This document shows, piece by piece, positions 27,047 to 38,298 of a stretch of 64,000 nt of DNA. Within the stretch, counting starts at the first letter, position 1; each line of letters starts with the position of its first letter. Made by a program: the position numbers and the translations under genes. The notes beneath the pieces were generated by a model that ran no database searches, was not told the DNA's origin, and worked only from the letters and a program-made list of their open reading frames with translations. Source of the stretch: Lama guanicoe (lineage: Eukaryota); the NCBI GenBank assembly GCA_013239625.1, contig MU053652.1:3399902-3463901 (forward strand). The letters are read 5' to 3'.

Positions 27047-28257
27047 AGTACACACAAACAGGAGAAAAAGAGAGGGGGAGGAAAAGATACAAGCTAGAAA
27101 GATAAACAACAAAATGTTAATAGCTATCATCTCATACTTGCGGAATTATAAAATGGGAATGTTTTTCATTTTTTGTTTGTTTCTCTGTTTTCCATTTTTT
27201 GCAATGATTGTATTTTTTTAATAAAAAGGCTTGTGATAACCTTTTGAGTCTTTCATAAAAACAGGATGGTAGGCTCTGGAGGTGCTTTCCAGAGTTTAAA
27301 TTTTATGATCTAAGTGACTCAGTTTTATTTGGAACAGTGGCTTTGCCAATTGGATCAGTAAATGGGGAGGAAAAGATTATTTTTGCACCATCAACTTCTA
27401 TCTTTGTGCAGCATTCTAAACATCGCAGATAAGGTAAATGAGAAATGAAAATCCTTGCTAAAAATTACATTTCATGCGTTTTGAGAGTTTTAGTTTAATG
27501 TCTTTCCCACTTTTTCCTTCAAAGAGCTCAAATGTAGAAAAGTGGGGAACTTTGGAAAACAACATTCTCAACCACAAACCACCTGGGAGAAGGAAAGGCC
27601 AGGAAATCCAAGGGTAAGGAGAATCTGGGGTTTCCTGACCCAGCTGTAGGAGAAAACGGGAAAAGGAAATAGAAAGAAAATAAGGTAGTAAATATGAGCA
27701 AACGTGCCACGGTGTCATGAAGTAGGCGAACCACTCCTCCCAGACCTGCTTTGGGAAAACCGCTCCGGAAAAATCCATCTGTCCCAGCAAGTCCGTTGGT
27801 TCTCAGCCATAACGTTTCCAAATTTAGCAGGGAGTTGTGACATTATTTTTTTTTCCTTAACAAACTCTTTCTAGGAAATCTGGGGAAATAACTTTCACTC
27901 TTTTTCAATGCAAGGTGAAAAAGCCTGAAACTATCAGCATTAAAACTGTTGTCAGAAGTTTGAAGTTGGAGTAAAACCCTAACCTTTTCCGGTTAGCACC
28001 TTTAAAATACCTGCGTTTATGGACATTAGCCTCTGACGGTTAGCTGCCCCTGGCATTTACTTGCCTGTCACCCTGCTCACTGTGAGAACTCTGGGTTTTA
28101 AACGCGGCTCCGGCAAGTACTTGGAGCTTTTTCTTTTCTTTTTTCTTTTCCTTTTTCTTTTCACTCGGTTTTAAAACGAGAAAAAGAAAAACAAGGCACA
28201 GAACTCCTACCTTGATTAATTACAGAAAACCTGCCCCCCACCCCCGTGCTCACTCTG

Positions 28258-28459
28258 NNNNNNNNNNNNNNNNNNNNNNNNNNNNNNNNNNNNNNNNNNN
28301 NNNNNNNNNNNNNNNNNNNNNNNNNNNNNNNNNNNNNNNNNNNNNNNNNNNNNNNNNNNNNNNNNNNNNNNNNNNNNNNNNNNNNNNNNNNNNNNNNNNN
28401 NNNNNNNNNNNNNNNNNNNNNNNNNNNNNNNNNNNNNNNNNNNNNNNNNNNNNNNNNNN
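28258..28459. other. Assembly gap (202 N)
   Basis: N run with GC-rich flanks in CPA2 intron 5. Confidence 0.99.
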
Positions 28460-28777
28460 CGACCCTGGGGCCCGCACCGCCTCCCCCTTCCTCTGTTCCT
28501 ATTGGCGCATACGCCTGTTTTCCTGCGAGCAAATCTATCAAGATGAGAGCATTAATTCACTCCTGCAGACCTGCGTCAGCTTGCGCAGTTAAGAGAAAAA
28601 GAAAAGAAAGAAGGGTGGGGGTAGTGGGGAGGTGGATACTCAAAACCAGCAAGGACCGGTTAGGAAAGGGAAGGAAAAAGGAACTGCTCTGCAGCCAGAG
28701 CTGGGACAGACGGCCCGCCTGGGAGGAGCAGGTTTCTAGAAGCATCGAGAGGAAAAACCAGCACTGCACCTGTGTAC

Positions 28778-28879
28778 CTTGAGTACGTTCATGAGCTGGT
28801 TTTCAAAAGGATAGCCAATGTTCACCTTGCTCCCTAGACCAGGGTGCTCAGCAACGAGGTTATTCATTTCTTGAGAAAT
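28778..28879 (-). pseudogene. CPA2: CPA2 exon 5 (acceptor lost)
   Basis: ISQEMNNLVAEHPGLGSKVNIGYPFENQLMNVLK; preceded by CAT instead of CAG. Confidence 0.9.
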
Positions 28880-30501
28880 ATGGAATGTTTAAAATGAAAT
28901 AGACATTTGCAGATGAATAATCTGATGCATCCATTAGTGACTTTTCTCTCTCCTCCATTTCCATTCCCTTGGGGACTGGAGAGGGCAGCCCGGCAGATGC
29001 TGTGGGACTGGGGACGCTGGAGTCAAAGCTAACAGATGATGAGTCCCTGGGCAACTACAGGGGCTGGAAAAGAGGAAGCCATTTTGCAGCAGGGGAGCTG
29101 GCTCTTTACAGTTTTGTGATTCAAATAAAATGGAACTGATCTGGCTTGCCTCTGGCTTGCCTCAGCCCAGCTATGAGAAGGAACTTCCCCAGCCAGAAAG
29201 CTGCTTGCCTTCACTAGCAGAGGAACACAAATGGTAGTGGTACAGAAAACCAAACAAACAAGTGTATTTAGAGGCAGGCACTACAAAACACAGAAGGGCA
29301 GTTACGGCCAGGACAACCTGGGTGTCTGCCTCAGAGGCACTTCGGCTACCTGCTACTCTGGCTCCTATTTGCAGGGCTGATTGAAATGCTGTGCAGCTGG
29401 GGCACCCAAGCTGTGTCCATTGCTGGTATCGAGACATGTCTGGGCGTGTCTGGAGAGTGAACGGCTCCTCCAGCTGTTGCCAGCATTTGCTCTCGGCAAG
29501 AGACAGACACCAATTTGTAAGGCCAGGCAAAGGAGAGAGAGCATTTTGTTTCCATCACTCTCTTTTCTCCCTCACTCTCTGTACGGGTCCACTATCCTTT
29601 ATCTGAAATCCTTAGGGGCCATACCTACTTCAAATTAAGAAAGGTAGGAAGGTACACTGTATATTACATACGGGCAGTGCTCCATATTCAACTATGTTAG
29701 TATTTCTGACAGTGAAACACATGAGCAGCAAGTTAGTTCAGGTCAGATTTTGCCCCTAAATGAGTTTAGGTCAGCTCAGAGTTTGCCACAAAACAAATTC
29801 AAATTTTTTTTTTCAGAGTTATTTGTGTTTTAGAATTGCTGGTTTGGGGGAATTAGGATTCACCAGATATCTGCTCTCTGGCTCTTTCCTACTCCCCCAC
29901 CTCTCCCCTTAACCTCCCAACCCCCATCTCCTCAATCCTTCCCCTCCCCTGCCCCTCTCCAAATCAATGCAAATACACCCCCGTGGCCCCCAAGAAAAGC
30001 TGTGTGTCGCAGAGGCAAGTGCAGCACTGTCCAGGTGACCCAGGTGGAGGAAGGGGGCATTCTTCACACTAACAAAACAGGAAAGACAGAAGAGACAGTG
30101 CACAAGACTTTGCTGCCATGAGGTCTGAGAGCATTTGGCAGGTTGAGGGGTATCAAGGTGTCCCCTGATTCCATCATCAGTGGCAGCCATGAAACACAGC
30201 TCTCAAATGCCTTTGTGGGTGGCACAGGTCAGAAATCAGCATGAGCATAAGGCTGTTTTGTGCTCACTTAAGCCACTTCTGGACACTTCCAAATGAGGTG
30301 CCTGCTGGGATGGACAGGTGGGCTTCGGGGCCTGCCTTAAGGCAGTGACACTGATACTGACTGTGAAATCCTAGAGAAACTGTAAGAAGTTAGGAAATAA
30401 TGTGAGAATAATTTCCATTAAATCACCAAGTTTAAGTATAGGCCTTGTTATCAGAAGAAGAGAATGCCCTGTTTCTTTGATGTTCATTTTGAAATACCTA
30501 C

Positions 30502-30597
30502 CTCTTCCAAGATACGATAAGCCTCAAAGTTGAAACTACCATTCCATTCTCTTCTCTGATTAAGTAACATTTCTTCATTCTTCTTGTCCAACAGAAC
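30502..30597 (-). pseudogene. CPA2: CPA2 exon 4
   Basis: VLLDKKNEEMLLNQRREWNGSFNFEAYRILEE; 96 nt. Confidence 0.9.
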
Positions 30598-31202
30598 CTA
30601 AGATAAATCAATCATACCTATGATTAGTTTACAGTGATGCATTTGAACTGATAATAGTGAAGGAAATGATGATTCTCAAGTTCCCAGTCCCAAGCATTCC
30701 TCTCCCTCTTCTATAGGCTTTGGGGTGATGCCTTTCCCTTATTCTGGCAGCACCCTGAAAGGGGATGGGGCATAAACAGATTTCTGGCCAGGCAGATGCT
30801 GCAAATGTAGGACGATATTCATGTGGCTGTCTTACGGCTCATTCTTCCTTTCTGGGAACCCCAGGTCTGAGGTAACCTCCAATTAAAAAGTAAATGAATA
30901 ACATCTTACTTTTACCTACTTTGACTAACACTCTTCAGTTTGTACTTGGTATTTCATGCCAGAGACTCTCTTTCGCCGTTTCCATTACATTTTTTATTAC
31001 CATATCTCACTTGTGCCAACTGCAAAAAAGAGAGGGACAGAGGCTTCCTACTCACTCTGCGGGGGTAGCCCAGCCTGCAGGAAGGCCCTGGTAGCACCCA
31101 CAGGTCCCTTCTCTGGCAAGGGTACCCAAGGATAAAAGAGGATGGACCTTCAGTTCATATGGACCAGCAAGCCTCTGGAAGGGTACGCTGAGGGATAATC
31201 AC

Positions 31203-31339
31203 CTGAACACTTCCCATCATGATGAAATAAACAATTCCCTGGGACTCTTTAAGAAAACTTTGACTGCCTGGATGCTGACAAAGGGAACTCGGACATGGGT
31301 TGTCTCTCCTGGGATGGTGGGTGATTTCCAGAAATTAAG
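31203..31339 (-). pseudogene. CPA2: CPA2 exon 3 (+2 frameshift)
   Basis: [30 protein letters not shown] +[15 protein letters not shown]; 137 nt versus 135 nt for CPA4 exon 3. Confidence 0.9.
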
Positions 31340-31997
31340 CTGTAAGGGATAAAAGGCCAAGGCAATGAGTGGGTCATTCAAGGAAAATGGACAGCTCAGC
31401 ATGGGTATATTTCAAGAAATCAATTTGTATCTATTTTACCTCAAGCCTATAAGGCTAGAATCATTGTGGAATTACTATGATATTGCTGGAAGGGTTTTTA
31501 AATATCCAAGCATCAGCATATGTGTAATATTATTTTCCCCTTATATGGTTAGATATTAAAACTGGCAGAAGGTAAAGATTATTTAAAACTGTAGCAGTTT
31601 TTTTAACAGTTGACATTCAAGTGATCCAATTCATTTCATAACATAATATTAATTCTGTAAATTATTTTAAAGGGAAATAATGCATTAAAAGTGTTCAACA
31701 ATTTTTCTGAATGACTTTCACATTCAATTTCTCTTTTCATTTTTACAAAACACCTGTGAGACAGAGACTGGTATATTTATCCTCATCAAATGAGACACAG
31801 GGAAGATAGGTGACTTGCCCAATGTCACATAGCTGCGACTAAAGCCCAGGTTTTCTGTATCCCAGCTCCATGAGTTAGCATTCCACACTTCTCATCAGAG
31901 AAGACAAGATACAATCCAAAGTAAGAGACCACAATCATGTCTATTTATGGAGTATTCACTCTGGGGGGAAAAAAAAGGTCCCCTCTAGGACAGATAC

Positions 31998-32079
31998 CTG
32001 AAGATGTTCTTTAGCCTCCAATTCCACAAGATTTTTTATTTGTTCTTCATTCCTTGGTATGATCTCAAGGATCTGACCT
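31998..32079 (-). pseudogene. CPA2: CPA2 exon 2
   Basis: [27 protein letters not shown]; 82 nt; AG/GT intact. Confidence 0.9.
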
Positions 32080-32100
32080 CTAAAGAATAGTAACCCCAGA

Positions 32101-32234
32101 GAAGGTATAGCTCAGTGGAAGAGCACATGCTTAGCATAACATGAAGTCCTGGGTTCAATCCCCAGTACCTCCATTAAATAAATAAATAAATAAACATAAT
32201 TCCCCCCGCCGAAAAAAAAGTGGTTTAAAAAAAG
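32101..32234 (+). mobile_element. tRNA-derived SINE (camelid Vic-1-like)
   Basis: A box tagctcagtgg, B box ggttcaatccc, (TAAA)n, A tail; diverged 17-bp TSD at 32084-32100 and 32235-32251. Confidence 0.85.
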
Positions 32235-34105
32235 AGAATGTTAACCACAGACATGACCTTAAAAAAAAAGCCTGGGCACTGTTTCTGTTGCTTTCTGCTC
32301 CTGTCAGTCTCCACATGTAAAAGGTTAATACAGCAGTCAATAATCTCTTTAACAATCAAGAAACTAATAAATAGTATACTGACCCACATCCCCAGGAGGA
32401 GTTGATATAATGGCTTTACTTCCCCCAGGGAACTATTATCTAAATAATAATTAACAGCTGTACCTGCTCCTAGCAGGAAGTTTGCCAGTAAAGTTACCCT
32501 TCCTTTAGCTAATGATTATTTATCAAGTAACACTTGCTGCTCATAAAGCATTGGCTTTTAAAACTTATCTGTTCCTGTTTTTCAGAATAAGGTTTTTAAA
32601 AAGTAGAATAATTAATTTGGTGCTTAAAAGTCCTCAAAAGAGGAATTAAATTTACATCTGGGTAGACCTAGGGTGTTTTTGTTGTTGTTAGCTAAAGTGT
32701 ATCAGAGTTCCATCTCCAAACCCCATTCATGTGGCCCAAACTTGGGGTATGGCTAGGGAAAATTGGGACCCAGATAAATCATGGTGTCTCTCTCTCTATA
32801 TATACACACACACACACATACACATCCCCACAATGAGGAATAAAGGATATCAAGGACACCTTGGCAGGAAAGAGAAGTTGCAAATCAAGCAAACACATAT
32901 CCTTAGAAAAAAGTCGAGTAGTAGAGCTGGATTCTTATAGCCCTTCCTTGGTGACAGAGGTTTTTCCTCTCTCCCTTTCACTGAGTAGGCTGACTTCCTG
33001 AATCACTGCCCTGCTCATTTGTGCAGTGGGGAAGGGATTGATACAGAGAGCTGTAATGAAGGACCAGAACCAGGTCTCCTGAAATCAAGTACCATCCAAT
33101 TTCCATTTAACTCCACTAGAATATATAAGTGATAGAATGTATGCTCTTGAAGTCTCTGCTGCCTTCCGGTACCACCAGCCATAGATGGTCTGAAAATTCT
33201 TCCATTTGAGTCTCATTCCTTTTGGGTAATCCATAGATTCCCTTTAAAATGGGAAGGCATTGGGAAAAGTAATACATTGATTGGGTTAATATTTCCTGGT
33301 GTGTTTTCTAAGACCTTTTGAGTTGCTCAGCATAAAAAAAAAAAACGGTGGGAAGGAGTTTGATGATCAAAATAAACGGATAGATGCAGCAACCTAGATC
33401 CCCCCTCTTATAGATTTACAATGTACACTAATTTAGTAAAAGTTCCTAGAAATTCCATAATTTGTTTAACCCTCTGATTCCCAAATTTATTTGACTGCCT
33501 ATTTTGTAGGCCAAATTTATTTGGCTACGTTGCTAGTTCCCTGCAACACTCTTCAAGAAATGCTGCTCTTCACAGAATCTTGAAACCAAAGTACTTTGGA
33601 ACAGAGATGGATCCTGCAGATCCATGATAGTTGGATTTGGGCTGAAGTCTGCAGCCTTGGGCCTCCCACCTCATGAGGTTCCAATGTCTAAGCACTTGAT
33701 CTGAAGATAGGAAGGACTTGGGCTGACATGGAGGAAGTGGGAGAGTAACCTGTCACTTACTGAGATGGCACTGAGACAAATGACCGAACAGCTTTATTTT
33801 CACTGATGTCTGTTATCCCTACCTTCTGAGCATCAGCAGGGAGGATGATTAAGAATAGAGAGAAATAGGGTGCATGTGTTCAGTTTTCACTTCTTGTTTT
33901 TCTCCTTTAAATATCATTCCTCTCTCTCTCTCTCTCTCTCTCTCTTTTGATCACAAATTCCTATTATCCCAGTATCCCCTCTCCAAATCTAAAAGAACTC
34001 TGAAAATGCTGAACACTTAACACTCATTATTCTGCAACAATCCAGTGAGAGACTCTGTGAATCGTGTAAGCAAAATTCAAACAGGCACCAGAAAGCATAA
34101 CTTAT

Positions 34106-34171
34106 CCTACAAATGTTTCTTGACAGTAGATATGACCAAAAGGGGCACCAAAAAAACAGGATCAGTCTTAT
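34106..34171 (-). pseudogene. CPA2: CPA2 exon 1 (disrupted)
   Basis: ATA AGA CTG ATC CTG T7 GGT GCC...TAC TGT CAA GAA ACA TTT GTA GG|ATAAGT: no ATG, one extra T, dead donor. Confidence 0.88.
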
Positions 34172-34217
34172 AGTTAAGGGTCTTCCAAGAGTCCAGAATT
34201 CAATGTCACTCCTGCAC

Positions 34218-34337
34218 TTTATTTATAGGGACCACGGCTGCAGCTGATGTGCTGGCAGTCTAAGAACTCAAGTGAATTCCCACATAGTAAAATTCCCACC
34301 TACATGTCAAATTCTCAAGGTTGTAGACACCCACCTG
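34218..34337 (-). promoter_or_regulatory. Relic CPA2 promoter: TATA, E-boxes, RBPJ-like TC boxes
   Basis: TATAAATAAA at 34218-34227 (minus); CAGCTG at 34241; CACCTG at 34332; TTCCCAC at 34277 and 34293. Confidence 0.55.
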
Positions 34338-36509
34338 TGTGATATCACCAATCCATACATTTCCATTCCTATGATGAGATAACAAACTTTGATAGAAAGA
34401 AAACAAACTTGCTAGAGCATATCAAGGCTAAATCACGCATTTATGGTTTAGAACATAAAGTGCCACTAACTCCAACCAGTGATAGAAGCCAGATTAATAG
34501 ACCTAGAGGTTAAAGTCGTTTCTGGGTCTCTGACCAAAAACAAAAAAGGGCACAGCATTTATAGTAATTACTCATGCATCCTGTCTATCACATTCCATTA
34601 GTTTGCTCATTTGTTTATTTTTATAATGTTTACCCAGAAACACTGCAATCACTTAGTCCACATCTGCTGAATCTCCCTATAGATATGGCCCATTCCAGTC
34701 CTCACTCCATATTAAAATGAAACAGAAGGCCTTTTAATATTCAAGTTTGGGCTGTTTCTGAAGTGATCCATCTGCATTTGTATCAAATTGATGTCCCTGT
34801 TCCTGTGCTTTTTCCCAAAATGAAAATGACTTTCTAATTATGACAACGAAATTCTTGTTATAGGAAGTTTGGATAAAAAGGAAGTGTTTTATTTAATCAC
34901 CAATAAATCCTCCACCCAAAGAAAACCATTTAGTGTCTATCTTTCCAGCCTTCTTTCTATGTTTTAGAGGTTTTTCTTAAACAAAGATTAAATTATAACA
35001 TACATTTTGATTTTTAAACAAGGTTTTTTAAACAAAGGTGGTATTTCCTTGTCTGTGTACATTAATCTGACTTTGTTCTTCATTGCAAAAGGAGAAAATA
35101 CACCTATCTATTTTTAGGAATCAAACTTTATCTCATTTTAGTCATTTATATACATTATATTCACCCTAGCAAGAATTAACCAACAGAAACAAGGAAATTT
35201 TCAACTTTCCTCTGTGTGTCAAATTCTTCATCTGCACACACTTTAAATTGCTGAATTAGAATTCTCAAGTACCTACATTAAGAGGAAATGTATATATGTG
35301 GTGTTTTGGGGTTTTTCATTCTCTTGGGTGTCAGGAAGAAGAAAGAAACCAAGAGGCAAAAGCTATAGTTCACCCTCATGTCCCCAGCACGTATCAAGTA
35401 GACAGTGTTCATATGAAGTGAAATTAATGTACTTGGAGAGTCAGTAAAAGCTTCTTGGAAAAGATGGGGTCTGAGCTGAGTCTTAGGACATAGGATTTGC
35501 TGAGGAGAGCATGGATTTCTGGTGTTTGGGAAACATGATTAAGGTAGAGAACAAGGAAAATAATGGCACACGACTGGGTTGGGAGGAAATTTGCAGAGCT
35601 GACCCTGGACGTGATGGGGAAGGTAGAATATAAGAAGATATGAGAAGGGCTAGATGGTGGAGGGCCTCACAGTCCAAGCAGAAGAGTTTATACCTGATGA
35701 AATGGGCAAGTGGAGAGCTTCAGGCTTCTGAGCTGGTAAGTGATGGATGAAGGTGATGTCGAGAATGACGAATCTTGCAGGGTGGTAGCAGGACAGAGAT
35801 ACAAGCAGGCAGCCAAATAAGGAGCTTCCTGGAGAAATTCCGATTAAAAATGGTGCATCTGGACTGGGTGGTGGCAGAGGGAATGTACGAGATAGGCTCA
35901 AAGAGCTATTTCAGTGGAAGAATCACGAGTCTGTGGTGAATGACTGGTGCCTGACTGGTTATAGGAGAAGTCAGGGAAAGAGGACTTACCAGCAGGTGTG
36001 AAAGGAAGGGCAGATAGCCACCTCCACGGCAGCCTCCCAGCACTTCCTCACCCAACTGTCATAATGCATGAAGTTCATTGTAAGAATTTGTTTTATCCCC
36101 CTTACAATATGCTTTCAAAGAGGAATTTTTGCTGAGAAGTACTACCCAATGAGTTGAGTTCACGGTAAGTGTTAGGTATGTAATGGCTCTCTTTTCTTCC
36201 TGAAAAAGATGGTGCAAATGAGTCTAGAGCTGGAGTGGTTCAGGCAGTCCAAAGAAGGGAGAGGACTCTGGGGTGATGCCTGAGATGAAGAAAATGAACA
36301 TTTCCCGAAATAGATGAAAATAGTCATTTTAAAAGATGAATAGAAGTTGGAGGAGGAGAAAGCCTTAGTAGGAGCCTGTAGGGAAAACTCCAGAAATCAC
36401 CTCTTGTTTCTCTCTGTTACTGACAATATAAACAGATCCTTATCAGAATAGAGTACCATTCTTTTTACTGCCTCACAATTCTAAAAGCTGGATAAAATCA
36501 GCTTTTTAG

Positions 36510-36650
36510 ATAGCTGTATTGAGATATACATATTGTAGACATACAATAAAGTACATATATTTAAAATATGCTGTTTGAAAATTTTTGACATATGTATATA
36601 CCATGAAACCATCATCACAATCCACATCATGAACAATATAATCATCAGCT
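36510..36650 (-). mobile_element. Old L1M 3'-end fragment
   Basis: tattgagatata...ttttgacatatgtata..ccatgaaaccatcatcacaat. Confidence 0.55.
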
Positions 36651-37476
36651 CCAATAAAATCTGTTTTTGAGAATCACTGAGAAAATCTCCAGATGGAGAG
36701 AGATCACTGAAGTCCCCTTGCTTTGCAGATGAGGAAATGAGGCCCCAAAAGGGGAAGTGACTTACACAAAGCCCCAGGGGTGATCAGGGGTAGAGCAGGC
36801 ATCCTCAGACCCTGGGTCATGGATCTGATACTCTGGATTGTCCAGTCATTCAAGGCATTTCCACTGAGCTTAGGAAAAGTTCATTTTCGACCAACCACCT
36901 CTTTATCAGCCTATCCCTGGGGAAGCTATAATTCAGAAAGAGAAAGATGATAGCTTTCTTTTAAAAAGTGCCCTACTGGCATGTTACTTCTTATTACTGA
37001 TGATGTTAGGCACACTTCTCACTTTTGCCCTTTAATCCCAGAAGTGACTAGCCTAATAGTAGGGAGAGTAAGACACTGAACGGAACCATGGGAGACAGGA
37101 CTACAAATTAAATCCTTCTGTAGAGTTACCAGACTCCAAATCACTTCCAAATCAAAACTCTGAATGCCTTTGCACACAGAAACATTATTATTCATAGTAC
37201 AATGAGTTCTACAGCTCTATTAGTAAACTATTAATGATATATTTGAGAACATGGATTACAGACTTCTGTGTTCTGACTGGGAAATACACAAAATCACAGT
37301 GTCTGGGGGAAAAAAATGTGCTCCAAATTTCAGTCAACCAAATTTTAAACCTAATTTTCCATCAAAGGAAGGTAAAGATTACATCAGAGTTGCTCCATTC
37401 TCTGCCGCACATGAGCAAGGCAACTTTAAAACCTTATGGTATTGCTTTGTTTTGACAGATATTCAATGGTTATGTA

Positions 37477-38298
37477 CAATAGTCCCCCCTTATCTGTAGT
37501 TTTGCTTTCCTGGGTTTCAGTTACCCAAGGTCAACCGAGGCCCAAAAATATTATATGGAAGTTTCCAGAAACAAACAGTTTATAATTTTAAATCGCATGC
37601 CATTCAGAGCAGCCAGATGAAACCTCTTGTCATTCTGTTCCATCCCATTCAAGCCAAAGATAATCCTTTCGTCCAACGCATCTCAACCATTAGTCACTGA
37701 GTAGCCATCTCAGTTATACTTTCGCAGTATCTCCTTGCTTGTGTTCAAGTATCCCTTATTTTACTTAATAATGGCCTCAGTGCAAGAGTAGTGAAGCTGG
37801 CAACTTGCATAAGCCAAAGCAAAGCCATAAAGTGCTTCCTTTAGGGGAAACTGTGAAAGTTCTCCACCTAATAAGGAAAGAAAAAATACTGTATGCTGAG
37901 GTTTCTCAGATTCACAGCAAGAATGAATCTTCTGTGAAATTGTGAAGGAAGAAAATTGTGCTAGTTTTGTTGTAGCACCTCAAACTCCAGAAGTTACAGC
38001 TACAGTGATTGGTAAGGGCTTAGTTGAGATGGAAAGGTATTAAATCTATACAAGATATTTTGAGAACGATCACATCCACAAAACTTTTATTACAGTATGT
38101 TATTGTAGCTGTTCTATTTTGTTATTAATTATTGTTGTTAATCTCTTACTGTGCCTAATTTGTGAATAGAACTTTATCATAGGTATGTATATATAGGAAA
38201 AATCATACTATATAAAGGGTTGGGTACTATCTGCAGTTTCGGGCATCCACTGGGGGGTCTTAGAGCATATCCCCCATGGATAATGGGGGGGAGTACTG
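37477..38298 (+). mobile_element. TcMar-Tigger element (MER44/Tigger7-like)
   Basis: Ends caatagtccccccttatc and ggataatgggggggagtactg are inverted repeats, each flanked by TA. Confidence 0.8.

Larger units (their letters stand above)
14499..34171 (-). pseudogene. CPA2: Carboxypeptidase A2, unitary pseudogene (all 11 exons present)
   Basis: Exons match CPA2 in order and size. Lesions: ATG>ATA, +1 in exon 1, exon 1 donor GT>AT, +2 in exon 3, exon 5 acceptor AG>AT, exon 9 donor GT>GA, R145W, E270A. Confidence 0.92.

Noticed and set aside
28161..28782. ORFs containing X runs
   Set aside because: They are artefacts of the N gap.
32101..32175. tRNA-like A and B boxes (also at 48340-48422)
   Set aside because: These are SINE heads with tails and TSDs, not tRNA genes.
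31203..34171. Compensating +1 and +2 frameshifts restoring the CPA2 frame
   Set aside because: The start codon and exon 1 donor are also lost, and the intervening pro-domain sequence would be scrambled.
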